Positions 11,281-24,974 of a stretch of DNA of 64,000 nucleotides are shown here, in pieces (position 1 is the first letter of the stretch; each line of letters begins with the position of its first letter). Where the stretch lies: assembly GCA_951406725.2 (NCBI GenBank), contig OX597820.1, positions 72,044,001 through 72,108,000 of the forward strand, written 5' to 3'. The notes beneath the pieces are model-generated. The model did no database searches. It worked only from the letters and a program-made list of their open reading frames with translations, and was not told the origin of the DNA. The stretch comes from Octopus vulgaris. Taxonomy: Eukaryota. The translations under genes and the position numbers were made by a program.

Positions 11281-12545
11281 AGTTGGACAAAATAATGGAA
11301 ACAACTTAAAATTTCAAACAAATTCATTTTAATATGGGGTAGGACCGCCTTTGGCAGTAATTACTGCTTGAATTCTATGAGGAATGGACTCATACAAAGT
11401 TTGAATTGTTTCCAAGGTAATTTTTGTCCATTCTTCAGCTAAAACAGTCTCCAATTCTTGTAGTGATGATGGGGGAGGATATCGACTCTTTACTTGTTTT
11501 TCTAAAATGCAAAATAAATGTTCAATAATATTGAGATCTGGGGACTGTGGTGACCAGATAAGAGGTTCAACTTCATTAGAATGTTCCTCATGCTATTTAG
11601 TAACAACTTTAGCTGTGTGAATTGGTGCATTATTATCCTGAAAAATTGTGTTTCCCTCTGGAAACAGTTCTGCAATCATAGGATGAATTTGATCAGATAA
11701 AATGCTTAAATAGTATTGAATATTATATCTGCCATGAAGGGAAACCATTGGGCCAGCGGATTTCCAAGATAAAGCCCCCCCTCCCCGATCATCAAAGATC
11801 CTCCTCCATCTTTAACAGTTGGAAGAAAGCAGTCTGGGTCAAATGCTTCTTTTGGCTGTCTCCACACGTATACCCAGCCGGTGGTCAGAAATAAGGTAAA
11901 GTATGACTCCTCCAGGAAAGTAACATTCTTCCACTGCTCTAGGGACCAATTCTGTAGGTTTTTATTCCACTCTAAATGCTCTGCAACATTTGTTTTTGAA
12001 AGTAGTGGTTTTCTGATTGCATCCCTCCTATGAAATCTGGCTTTGTGCAGCTCCCAGCGAACAGATTTTGTGGAAACTGGGTTCTCAATGTGGTCATTAA
12101 GCTCTCCAGTAATTTGGCGAGTGTACTTTTGTGATCCTTTCTAACAATTCCTGTAAGAGTCCAATAGTCCCTATCAAAAAGTTTTTGTTTTTCGTCAGGT
12201 GTTTTGTTTTGACGATGAGGTTTTTCTCTCTTTCTTAAAGGCTGTCATTTCTTTCGAGACAGTACTTCTTGATACAGCAAACATTTAGGCTGTTTTCATT
12301 ACGATGGTGCCTGCCATATGAGCACCAACAATTTGACCTCTTTGAAAGTCTGATAAGTCTGTTGTTTTAATGAATTTTAATTACCGTTTTCTGATGATAT
12401 CTGAAAAGAAACAGCAATTTTAGTAAAACATTTTAAGCAACACTAATAATAAATCAAAACCATAAAAATAAACAAGTGTTTGACGGTTTTATAGATATTT
12501 CAAAATTATGATGTTAGGTGTTTCCATTATTTTGTCCAACCCCTG
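11277..12545 (-). mobile_element. Tc1-family DNA transposon, full length, defective (copy 2, inverted relative to copy 1)
   Basis: Same TIR (taggagttggacaaaataatggaaac / gtttccattattttgtccaacccctg) and internal sequence reverse-complementary to 1607-2853. Confidence 0.95.
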
Positions 12546-12715
12546 TATACACACACACACACACACACATATAAATAAATACATACCATCCGACCCATGC
12601 CAGCATGGAAAACTGACATTAAAGGATGATGATGATGATATATATATATATATATATGAATAAATATATATATATATATGCACACACACATATGTTTATA
12701 TATATACATACACAC

Positions 12716-13296
12716 ATGGTACCTTAAAATATATAAACAAAACAGATCCCCTCCAGCCCTTTATATCCCAAATAAACACAGCAGCATGTACACTCATCAA
12801 GCAAGTAGATAACATCATCAAGAATTACACTCCAGAGAAAAGTCAGGTCATTTGAGGAAACAAATGAAATAAACACCATTTCTACCCTAAATGTTCAAAG
12901 TATTTTCACTACCATTTCAATGGCAGAAACAACCAAAATTGCATTACATAATGTCTACATACAGACTAAAATAAAGCCACCTATGATGCTTGCAAAATTA
13001 TTTAGAAAACTACTGATAACTTGCACACTAGAGGCACCATTTTGCTACTAACAAAGTGGCCTATATAAGCAAAGGGTGGATTAGCAATGGTCTCTCCTCT
13101 TGGACCACATTTTCAACTACTATAGAAAACATAATGACTAAACAGAAGCATATACTATACATAGATGACTCCCTATCACATGGTTCCAGGTTCGATCCCA
13201 CTGTGTGGTACCTTGGGTATGTGTCTTCTACTATAGTCTTGGGCCAACTAAAGCCTTTGTGAGTGGATTTGGTTGACAGAAACTGAAAGTAGCCTG

Positions 13297-13337
<41 letters not shown>

Positions 13338-14385
13338 CAAAACATTCAAACACTGAGATTTGAAATCAGATGTCACTACTGTTCATATCGTCTGTGGATA
13401 AATTTTTAAATTGATGATAACACCAGCAGTGACATCGGTGGATCTTAGGTGCAATAGCATTAAATAGGTATGAATTATAAATTTGTACGAAGTGTAAGGA
13501 TGCTTAACAAGCATCCACCTGCTAGAAATAAGAGCTAAAGTCTTAAATTTATCGACCGTACTGCACTAAGTTAACTGAGAAAAACAGTATGCGAGGAAAA
13601 CAGAAAGGATTAAAACATTTAACAGCACAAATAAAAATATTATGCAATTAGGGATTATATATATATATATATCAATAATAATAATATGTGTGTGTGTGTG
13701 TGTATTCATTTCTTTGTGTCTGTGTTTGTCCCCTCACAGCTTGACAACTGGTGTTGGTGTGTTTACATCCCTGTAACTTAGCTGTTTGGGAAAAGAGAAT
13801 GAGAGAATAAATATTAGGCTTGAAAAATATTAAGTCCTGGAGTCAATTTGTTTGACTGGAACCCTTCAAGGTAGTCTAAGAACTGAAACAAGTAAAAGAT
13901 AACTATAATGAACACATCAGAATATGAGAAATTAAAGGAGGACCTTTGAAATAACATCCAAAGCAATTCTAGTATGACTACATTTCTAGACAAAAACATT
14001 TAAAAACAATAAATGCATTACTTCAGTTTGTACCAAAGACACAAAGAAATGCATATATCTACATGGAGATAAGGAATTCTCACATAACTACCAAATGACA
14101 GTGGAAAAATCATCGCTTAGAACAGCATCTCCTGCATACAAAACTTGAGATAAAGAAATACATGGAATAAAACAAGTCCTAATGATGGATGACTGTAACT
14201 GACTGATAGAAGAAGCTACTAAGGAATTTAGACAGAAATACCAAGCAACGATTATATTAGACAATATCCCTACTAAGAATACACAACTTACATACAGTGT
14301 ATTCATTATGAGTGAAATGCAAGCCAAGTATAAAACAGATGAATGCATAATCAAAAATCTTATTAAACGAAACACCACCTCTAAC
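12716..14385 (+). mobile_element. Penelope-like element RT remnant, interrupted by SINE pieces
   Basis: Decayed motifs PLQPFISQI, STLNVQSIFTTISMAETT, LLITCTLEAPF, GLYKQ, LHGDKE..YQMTV, EIHGIKQVL, YKTDECIIKNLIK resemble PLE RT/thumb consensus. Confidence 0.7.
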
Positions 14386-14569
14386 TATATCAGAAAAATT
14401 ACCCCCCAGGACAAATTCCCTCGACAACAACTACTCCATAGGATAATCACTCCCCGTGGTTAAATACCCCCTCTCCAATATATTAAGAAGTTTAAATCAT
14501 CATATGTTGTCCTCAGAGGTAATTGTCCTTGGGGAGTTATTATCCATTGGAGATAAATGTCCTATATTC
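14386..14569. mobile_element. Small MITE with sub-terminal ggacaatt(a)cccc-like repeats (Mutator-like)
   Basis: C-rich left half and G-rich right half are inverted; direct repeat cctctaac at 14378-14385 and 14570-14577 (candidate TSD). Confidence 0.55.
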
Positions 14570-14577
14570 CCTCTAAC

Positions 14578-17095
14578 GACTGAATTTCACATGAGTGAAC
14601 CAAACTGGAAGGTAGTGTAGGAAGTTATCAAAGCAGTAAAGTCAGCCTCTACTCCAGGACCCAGTGTAGTACTACACAGTGTTTGCAAATGTTGTCCCAG
14701 ATGCCTTCAGCTACTGTGAAAGATGCTGAAAGTGATCTACTTTAGAGAAACAGTTGCCAATGAGTGAAGGTGTACTAAGGATGTTTGGATCCCTAAGGAG
14801 GAGAATTCTTAAATGACTGAGAAGTTCAGGGCCATCTCACTTCTCAGCATTGATGGAAACCTTATTTTCAGTATCTTGTCCTGCTGGTTGACAAAGTTCC
14901 CTAAAGATTCATCATTACAGAAAGGTGGGATTGCTGAAACACCTGGCTGCATGGAGCATACAGGGGTACAGACACAAATTTGAAGATAAGTGATAAATGG
15001 CAAGAAATCTAGTGGTTGGATCTCACAAAAGCCTGTGGGTCAATACCACACAGGCCAGTAGAAGAGGTTGTTTTGTGACATCCTCCTAGTAAGATCAACA
15101 ACTTCATTCAGAAGCATTATTGCACCTTCTAGATGAGAGCTACTTCTGGATCCACCTCATCAGAGTGGAATGGATTAGAGAAAGGAAGTATAACAGGCAG
15201 CACTATTTCAGTAATCCATTTTTGTTCTCACTATGGACATGATAGCAGAAATAACAGGGATAGATGCTCATGCATAATCAGTTACTGGTTGCAGGTGGAC
15301 TTGAGAAACACATTCCATGGGCAATGATGAGCTTCAAACCATCAAAGTTTGGGGCACTTGTGCTGAAGAGAAGGAGAGTGATGGAAAACTTCTACCTATC
15401 CAAAACCATTATCTCCAAATTTATAGAACAGCAACCAATCAACAGCTTGGATAAACTCTTTGATAGTATCTTGAAAGAGACAATTGCCACCTGCAGAACC
15501 AACAGAGACCTTGTGAACTAGGTTACAAAGGTTGACAAATTTGAGTTGCCAGGTTGCTTCAAGGTTTGTATATACCAACATACCATCCTGCTCCGGGTGT
15601 TGGAACCTCTGTCACCATACAATATCAATATGTCAAGTGTAGAAATCCTGAAAAATATCAGCAGCTTTTGAGCCTAAGCAGTATTACTATGTAAAGATCC
15701 ATCAACACCCTACGCCTCTTCTTCAGTCACCTTGCAGTAGAGTTAGTGGTGACACAAACAAGAGAAGCCACATGGTACAGAAATTCAGGGATACTAAAGT
15801 AACAGTAGCAGGCAGGTAGAAAGTGAGATGCTGCCAAAGACTGGCAGAGGAGTGGCTGAGGTAGGAGGAGCTTGTTGGGACAATGGAAATAGGGTATTCA
15901 GGCTTAGGCTAGTTTTCAACCTGCCAGATTAGTAACACTATAGGAAAAGAGCAACAACATCTCTATAGAGGAAGCATGAGCTAGCAGGATGGTGGGACTC
16001 AACCAATGAGGAACCTGGACAAGATGGGCTTACATTCTGTAACAGAACATCACTTGGTTGGATTTCTAACACACTGACACCCATTGCATCAGTTTCTCAA
16101 TCCAGGTTCTTTATGATACCAAGTTTGACAAATGGAGCACGAGTAAAGCACCCTGCTGTCTTTGTGCTTTGAAAGAAGGTCCTTCACATTTTCTCAATAG
16201 CTGCTCCATAGTGACATGATCAGATTCTGAAGGCATTTGCAGAGGATGTAATGACAGCCAATCAACCCATTAAACACCACCCAGGGAAAGAGTGCATCAC
16301 TATTCACAAAGCTGAGGAATTACAACCATGTTTCGTGGTCTGCTACCACAACAGCTCCTTTATAGGATCCAGTTAGCTTAAGACATCATCAGGAGGAACC
16401 ACGTCCGGTTTCGGCCCCTACTCCACTACCGTTTTGACATGGTGGGGCCCCCGCTTTTGGAGGTGTCTTCAGCTCTGGTTTTGGGTGCATGTCTTCTTCA
16501 TCTTTCTTCTGTTCCCTGGCCTCTTTGTTCATAGAATTGTTCATAGAGGCATTAATGAATTCTTGTACTTACCACAGGCCCCAGACTGGCAGCTGAAGGT
16601 GGATCTCGACAAACAATTGAAGTTCCCAAAGCACATCACATCAGTAAAACTTTCCCCAGACATTTTCATCTTCCTAGATTTTACCAAACAAGTGATCATG
16701 TGGAAACTGTGCCTTGAGAAGAATACATCGTAGACTCATTAGAGAAAGATTGCCAACTACCAGGAGTTAGTAGAGAAGTGCAGAAAGGATGGCTGCAAAT
16801 CATTTGAAGTAAGCCACTGGAGTTTTGTGGGATATTCACTCTGCAGAGCTCTGACTGGACTTGGAGTTACTGGTACAGTAAAGAAAAGGACAATACATTC
16901 TGTCTCCAAAGTCACGTAGAAAACTTTGGATAAAGAGAGCAGACCAGTAGTTTGTTTATGACTTCTGAGATACAATCTGGGATTTGATCAACCCTAGCTG
17001 GGTCAACTGGGCAAGGTAGAGACCTAGTGTTGAAAGACCTAAAACCTTCTATGCCCCCAGAAATATCATTTATGATGCATTCCATAGTATCCAAG
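14578..17095 (+). mobile_element. HERO-like non-LTR retrotransposon with restriction-like endonuclease, 5'-truncated, decayed
   Basis: VWIPKEENS, FRAISLLSIDG, QKGGIAETPGCMEHTGV, GLEKGSITGSTISV, APDWQLKVDLDKQLKFP, PDI and YQELVEKC motifs. Confidence 0.85.
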
Positions 17096-17227
17096 GGAAG
17101 TAAATTGGAACAACACACATACACACATATATAAATATATATACAGAGAAATATATATATACACAGCGAGGAAGAGAGATGGAGAGGGATGTGTATATGT
17201 GTGTGCATGTACTATGTATATGTATGC

Positions 17228-17258
<31 letters not shown>

Positions 17259-17384
17259 TGTCTGTGTGAGTATGTATATATATGTGTGTGTGTGTGTGTG
17301 TGTATGCGTTTGCACAGTAAAAAAAAAAGATTATAAGAAAGAAATGGATGTAATTTGATTTTTATTAGCAAACACCCCTGAATT

Positions 17385-20300
17385 AAACATTATGAAGAAG
17401 ACAGTGATTGTCTGTAAACGAAATAGAGCAATAATATAAACAAAACCAGATAATAATGTACGAGCAAAAAAGTTAAAGAGATTTATCTTATAATATACTC
17501 AATGATTTATGGAAATAATATTACAATTTCTCTGGTTTAATGAACCTCTATACTACTACATCTCTAATAAAGCTTTTAGAGTGTGTTACATTACTGCTAT
17601 ATTGGATTTTATTACACTTTCCTGTAAGGTCATTTAGGTGGTCAGTGGTCAGTACTGTTGTTAATTGGCTAGACTGGGCATTTGTTGGTGTTGTGTGTGT
17701 AACAAGAAGTTTAGCCAAGATTCAAACCCCATCTTCTGGCCAATTGACAAGAAATCTTGACACTTTCACCCAAATATTTTGATATTTACATTTTCCTTAG
17801 GTTAGCAACAGAAAAGTATTTTTTGCAGGTTATCTCTTGATATCACCTCAACCCTTCTTGACCCCGTCCATCCCCCCACCACCACCACCAAACTGTCCAT
17901 AACTCAATGTACGTAGGTTTAACAGCTGCTGCTTAACTTCCAACAGAAAAAAATGTATCACCCACCTTTTCTATTCCTCTACCCCGTGACTCTCAATTAG
18001 GGTCCACATGATCCTTGGGAGGTAAATATGGTAATTTTCTATTCTTCTGTAACTTGTGTTTAGTTTCATGGCTTGAGTACCTATTACAAATGAGAATCAA
18101 GCAGCAAAATTCTTCCATTCTCTTGATTTCTTGTAATTCAGACTGCCTCATGGTCCCAGCAGACAGAATGGAAAAGGTGTTGTCCTGGAGGATGGCACAG
18201 GAGATGCCACTGGAACAGCCGTTCTAATTCATAGGGCTTTCACTTGCAGATAGCCATCTCTGTCCTGGTAGTGGTGAGCAGAGATAGGGCCTGAGGGCTG
18301 AGGATGCCAGAGGTCTCCACTGCCACAGGCTTGATCATAAACCTAAGAAATTTTTGTTAAAGTTTCTGTGCAATAAATTGCTTATACTTTTACAAAACAG
18401 GAAATATTTCAAGTTGTTTTTATACAATTCCCAATAATATTTAACAATGGAAATACAGGAAATGTTTACAAATATCAAATGTCTATGGGGGTCCAACAGA
18501 AAAAAATAGAAATCAATGGGGTCCATAAGCAAAAAATGGTTGCTCTAGCCATATTCTCTCTCTCATATTCATCTTGTACTTTTACCTCACCTCTCTCTCT
18601 CTCTCTCTCTCTCTCTTCACATATCTCTTTAGATGGACAAGCCATATATTCATTTCTTCAGCAAGACACTTGTTTCTGTCCCTCTATTATATATTCACAT
18701 CCCTCAATACTCCACTCAGTCGAAATGTCTAGTCTTGTGAGTCCTTCATGACCTCATCAGTTCTGGTATCATAAAAAAAAGCACCCAATACATTCTGTTA
18801 AGTGGTTAGCATGAGGAAGGGTGTCCAGCTGCAAAAACCATCCCAAAGCAGACACTGGAGTTTGGTGTAACCTTCTAGCTTGTCAGTCCCTGCCGAACTA
18901 TCCAAGCCATTGTAAAAGGGACTTTGAATGATAATTATGACGTTGATGATGGTATCCATGCTAGGAGCAAACCCTTGAAATTAATGCTAAGTCCTTCAGA
19001 CAGCATGGTGCCAATTCCAATCTATTGTTTATATTACAGAAATAATGATTTCAAATTTTGATAAAACACCAGAATTTTTTTGGGGCGGGGTTGATCCTAG
19101 TATTCAACTGGTACTTGTTTTATCAACCCCAAAAGGATGAAAGGCAAAACCAACCTCAGCAGAATTTGAACTCAGAATGTAAAGAAAGATGAAATGCTGC
19201 TAAGTATTTTGCCCAGCATGGTAACAGCTCTACCAGCTCACCATTTTGCATTGGAAAAATATTAAGATTTAATCCACGAACAGATTGAATAATTAGCACA
19301 CATCTATTGAACTTCTTCAATACTAAATGGAAGATTGCAACTTGTATAAAATGCCCGGTTGAGTTATTCCCAAATTCCATAGTTATCATAGTTTCAATGT
19401 CAGAGCAATAGAAATGCCAAAAAATGCCAGATAATGCATCTACAGTGGCATCTTGTGAATCAGGTTGATGGTGAATGTCAAAAGAATACCGACATATTTC
19501 TATGGGACTTCTGAATTTTATCATTCTTTTAGAGCGTGTGATAGTGCTAAAATTGTGCAACTGGCCAGTGTCCCTGTTCAGAGATGAGTGTTGTAAACTC
19601 ATTCACTTATATTCCATGAAAACCAGGATATACTCTGGCCCTCGTGAGTTCTTGGGCTCAACAGATTCAATAGTGCCAAAAAAAAAAAAATAAGTGAAAC
19701 TCTGTACATAGTTGTAATTGAAAAATATCTTTCTGAGTGACAGAACCATATTTTGACTACCTCCATTATTGACAGAGCTCCCTTCTCCACTGTAGAATTA
19801 TGAGTCTTTGAGTTTGATAATATGCAAGAGAAAAATGTACTGGTGGGTCACCTTGACTGAGGGTTGCACCAAAAGCAGATTTTATTTGTAATATGTTATC
19901 TTTCTTGATGTGTGCTGAAATATGTAATGTCAATTCATTCAAAGACTTTTATTTCATCTAATTTAAGGGGAAATAAGTTGCATACTGTTAAAGAATAATT
20001 ATTTTTAAAAAGAATCTGTTATCTCTTGTGAATAGTAATTGAAGATATCCACCTCTATGTGTTTCATAGATTTTCTATCTGATGAAGGAGAAATATCCAA
20101 AAGGGATTCTTCACAAGTTAGATTAGGTCAAAGCTATTTGTAAGAAATTTCAAAACCAAGCATAGATAACTTTCATACTGATTAAACTTTTGTTTTCATG
20201 ATTAAAAGCAAGGTCTTCATTTCTCTTGCAACTTCCTTGAGTGTATTGTCACAAAGGTCACGTTCCCCAGCAACAGTGATGTTATCATATCCATGTAAAG

Positions 20301-22704
20301 AAAATATTGACCATTCTATAGTCATCAATGATTTCTCCAATCACCCACTGAAAATAAGATACATCATTTGTTATACCGAAAGAAAGCCTACAAAACAGTC
20401 AAAGGCTACCCACCCCTTTGAATGTTATATTTGAACGCTCATAATCTAGCTGTGGTATTTGACAGTTTGCTGTCTGGAGATTGATTACAGAGAAGTTTTT
20501 AAACTTTGACAACTTATTGGCCATTTCATATAACTCAGGACAGAGGCTATGTGATGAGAGAGAGCAATATATTGATTTATAGTTCAACTGTAGTCTATAA
20601 CTAATCTTCTTTTTGACCTTTCTTGGCTATATGTACTTGTGCATGCCATACCAAACAACTTGACTCAATAATTCTGTCATGTTGCAATCAATTAATTTCT
20701 TTTTTTAGTAAACTGTTGCTCTTGGATACCAAATCTTTGGGACCAAGTAGAAATAGGTTTTACTGCGCAACTCAGAAATTCAAATATTGGAACTGATTAT
20801 ATCAATGCCAGTTTTCAAAGGCAACACCAACAACCGATCATGAAATTTCCATTTGACCCATTAAATCTATAAAACATTTTGAACATCTTAGCATGAAGTC
20901 TCCACCAATAATAATTGATTCCATGCAATGGAGAAGGATCTACAATTTGATATTAGAAGAGCTTTTGAATTATAGTATTTGAGCACCTTTTACATAATTG
21001 TACACTTTTTATCTGAAATATATGCAGATGTTTGTTTATGATTTACTCATCACTGTAAGACTGGGTGGCTTCGGTGTTGGTTACAGCAGTCAATAGTTAT
21101 TGCTTTTATGGTATCATTCACTAATGACAGAAGATTTGGTATAAACTTTTCAATTTTGCTTTCCCTAATAGTGTCAAAAAGGAACACACTGTTTTTATGC
21201 CAAAAATTTCTTGAGAAAAATCATCACAATGTTGATGATGATGATGATGATGTGATAGCTGTATCCTTTTTTCTTTGACTGATAAACAACTTCAAAATGT
21301 CCCTTTAAATGGTAAAATAACATTTGGCTGATTATTCAGGACAACTAACATGCTGATTGTATGAATTTCCACACAACCCAGGCCTTTATTTCATTATGAA
21401 AATTAATGTTTTTTGCAACTAGTTTGAGTGAACGGTCAAAGAATTTTCATTTCAATCCTTGTCCTCTTAAGTTTAATTTTTCACAGAACTGACAGCCGTG
21501 AAAGAGTTTACATAAGAAAAACAGTTCTTTCAGCATCAGAACTTTTGAAGTAAATAGTCTTGAGGCTATGAGATATCTTTGGTAATTAATGTCTATAAAT
21601 TTCATAATTAGCAATTCTGGAGATAAAATGAACACACATTAACTCTTTTCTATATTGTAAATCTGTGATGTCTTTGCATTGACAGTCTTTAACTTGATGT
21701 TTTAATATCCCTTGAAAGAACTTCAATGTGTCTCCCCTGTGTTGTTGGTATTTTTGAGCAGGTAGAACATTGCATGGTTGTCCAAAAACATCATTCAGGG
21801 TGACAAGAACTTCTTGATAAGCTCTACAACTTTGAACATGAGGGTAGGGATCATCAAACAAATATTTGATGGCACCCGTGCTGGTTGCATGTAAATAGCA
21901 CCCTTTGAATGTTGGGCTTCATGAAGATGATGACTAGTGGCCTTTGGTGATATGCTGTGCTTGAGATGACTTGTCAAGCCAAGTGAAATCATAGCTGTGG
22001 CTGATGTTAGTATCACATAACTGGCACCCATGCCAGTGGCATACAAACAGCACCCATTGCACTCTTGGAATGGTCAGCATTAGGAAGGGCATCCAGCTGT
22101 AGTAACTATGCCAAATCAGATTGGAACCTGGTGCAGCTCTCCAGCTTATCAGTTTCAATCAAACTGTCTAACCCATGCCATCATGGAAAGCAGATACTAA
22201 ATGATGGTGGTGGTGGCGGCGGCGGCGGCGGCAGTGGCGGTGGTGGTGGTGGTGGTGGTGGTGTTTAACTGATAAGTGCTGTAGAGTCTTGTGTAAGAAG
22301 TTCAGCATCTCAGCCTTCTAAGCCAGAAATTTTCTGAACCTGACATACCAATATCAGTTGTAAAACAGAGAGTTATGAATATAATGTTGTTGCTCTGTGG
22401 CCAAGATGAAATACTGGCTCACTCCACTTCAGGAAATTACGAATTATTATGCACAAGCATTTTACTTCGGATATGCATTCATAAAAGTTTATATTTTTGT
22501 AAACACTCATAAATAGAATCTGAGAAGTGAATAAATCTTATTTGAATTTTATTTTAAAACTATCATCAGCTTAACATTCATAACACTGTGATTGTCTGAA
22601 AATGAAGCTAAATGATATCAACAAAACAGGATAATATATAAAAGCTATAAGCTAAAGATAGTAATCTTATAATATACTCAGTAATTAACAGAGATTATAT
22701 TACA
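17385..22704 (-). mobile_element. Ancient Gypsy LTR retrotransposon with both LTRs recognisable and nested insertions
   Basis: gag-like (ORF 21586-21861), RT-like (20399-20587: EMANKLSKFKNFSVINLQTA..QIP; FCRLSFGITN), RNaseH-like (YSFDIHHQPDSQDATVDALS). LTR starts tgtaat...tgagtatattataaga at 22704 and 17525; a purine-rich PPT-like tract precedes 17525. Confidence 0.8.
18165..18335 (-). mobile_element. CRE-like non-LTR endonuclease C-terminal fragment
   Basis: PVAVETSGILSPQALSLL...LFQ resembles the PIAVETxGxxGxxA..LFQR motif of RLE elements. Confidence 0.5.
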
Positions 22705-23267
22705 AACACTTATATAACTTAGATTCATTTCGGCCATTATTGGCCCAGGCCATGACTAACTCAACAGCACCACCTGGAAAAGTCTTTTGATTAATTATTT
22801 CGGGATACCATGGACCACAGAAGCAGAGAATTGTTGTTGGCTGTGACGTATCCAGGTGTAGGTGGTTTATCTGGTATTTCCTGGAGGAAATTGTCCAGGT
22901 ACCGTTTGAAGGTTGTAGGGGTCTTTTTAACTTTAATTTCTTATGCTCTTATGGTTCTGCCAAGCTACCTCACTCATAAGTTTTATGACTTCCAGCATTA
23001 CAATACTGACATAGCTTCTAGTTACAAATGATGAGGATGTTATCAGTTTATAATTTCCTCAAGTTAGTATTAAAAATAACTTGATCATGTTTTCATTTTT
23101 AAATCCATTTTATAGGTGCAGGCACGACGATGTGGTTAAGAAACTTGTTTTGCAATCATGGAATTTTAAGTTCAGTCTCACTGCTCAGCACTTTGGGCAT
23201 GTGTATTCTACTTTAGCCACCACCCCACCAGCTGACCAATACCTTGTGAGAGAAATGTAACTAGCCA

Positions 23268-23326
<59 letters not shown>

Positions 23327-23802
23327 GGTTTATAGATCCTATATTGATAGAATCAACAAAATAAGCACTCCATCCAGTGAGAGATTTAATACACATCATT
23401 TAATACACATCATGAAAGAGCTACTAATAGTTTCAATGCTTTTACGATAGTTTGAATTGGCAGATTTATAAAACCTGGCATGCAATCTCCAAACAGTTTT
23501 TCAGGCTTTGTTTATGTATTTGATTTATTTTCAAAACCGAGACACTGAACAGTGAAAAAATAAGAAAAAGTAAGAAGAAAAACATAAAGCTGATGCCAAA
23601 TAATGGAACAAGAAGAAAGAAATGAAAGTAAGAAAATCAAGGGAGGACAGGGATGACAGCATCCTGGTTTTTGAAATATATCTGATACCCAAACAGAACC
23701 TGAAAAATTGCTTGGCGATACATGACATATTTTAAAGATATGCTTATTCAAAGTATCATAAAAGCATGAAACTGTTTGTAGTTCTTTTGTAAAGTGTATT
23801 AA

Positions 23803-23847
<45 letters not shown>

Positions 23848-23849
<2 letters not shown>

Positions 23850-24885
23850 CATCATCATCGTTTAGCATCTACTTTCCATGCTAGCATGGGTTGGACGGTT
23901 CAATTGGGGTCTGGGAAGCCAGAAAGCTGCACCAGGCCCAGTCTGATCTGGCAATGCTTCTATGGCTGGATGCTCTTCCTAATGCCAACCACTCCGTAAG
24001 TGTAGTGGGTGCTTTTTACGTGCCACCGGCATGGAGGCCAGGTGAGGCTGGCAATGGCCACGATCGGATACCTGTGCCGGTGACACATAAAAAGCACCAT
24101 CCGAACGTGACCGATGCCAACCCCGCCTCGAACGGCTTCTGTGCCGGTGGCACATAAAAAGCACCATCCGAACGTGGCCGATGCCAGCACCGCCCCGACT
24201 GGCTTCTGTGCCGGTGGCACATAAAAAGCACCATCCGAGCATGACTGACGCCAGCACCGCTTCGACTGGCTTCTGTGCCGGTGGCACATAAAAAGCACCA
24301 ACCGATCGTGGGATCCCGGAACATCTCGCTGTGCTTGAGGAGACCTGTTGCGTCAAGTGCATGTACATGAACATCGAACCAAATATCAATGGAAACAGTA
24401 GTTGTGATACCTGTGCCGGTGGCACATAAAAAGCACCATCCGAACGTGGCTGTTGCCAGTGCAGCCTCCACTGGCTTCTGTGCCGGTGGCACATAAAAAG
24501 CACCATCCAAACGTGACCGATGCCAACCCTGCCTCGAATGGCTTCTATGCCGGTGGCACATAAAAAGCACCATCCAAACGTGGCCGATGCCAGCACCGCC
24601 TTGACTGGCTTCTGTGCCGGTGGCACATAAAAAAAGCACCAACCGATCGTGGCCAATGCCAGACCCCTCTGGTACCTGTGCAGGTGGCACGTAAAAAGCA
24701 CCCACTACACTCGTGGAGTGGTTGGCGTTAGGAAGGGGATCCAGCTGTAGAAACACTGCCAGATCAGACTGGAGCCTGGGGCAGCCCCTGGCTCCCCAGA
24801 CCCTGGCTCCCCAGACCCTGGTCGAACCGTCCAACCCGTGCTAGCGCGGAAAAAGACATTAAACAATGATGATGATGATGATGAT
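23848..24885. mobile_element. Head-to-head composite of family 3 elements: inverted tail 23848-24072 plus a long + strand array and tail
   Basis: (ATC)n at the left end, (GAT)n at the right; ~220-bp complementary arms; ~10 internal ~59-bp units. Confidence 0.85.
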
Positions 24886-24891
24886 ATATAT

Positions 24892-24930
<39 letters not shown>

Positions 24931-24974
24931 TATACATATATATATACACACACATGTCCATACACAATTAAAAA

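Noticed and set aside
20079-20112. CTGATGAAGGA...TCC hammerhead-like string
   Set aside because: No GAAA box or stem I partner; antisense to Gypsy coding remnant
20709-20873. Possible tyrosine-phosphatase exon (GTDYINASF on +, after a pyrimidine tract and AG)
   Set aside because: Lies antisense to the Gypsy pol remnant, lacks the preceding KNRY motif and a GT donor; probably chance
22801-22810. tRNA-Met primer-binding site (tggtatc on minus) for the Gypsy element
   Set aside because: Lies outside the inferred 5' LTR boundary at 22704 and matches only 7 nt
24073-24700. CRISPR array
   Set aside because: The apparent spacers are homologous to each other, the array is part of a eukaryotic SINE-like element with a (GAT)n tail, and there are no cas genes
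23960-24834. Long overlapping ORFs of 113-272 aa (also 10554-11163)
   Set aside because: Open frames through the GC-rich tandem units of family 3 elements; no protein motif
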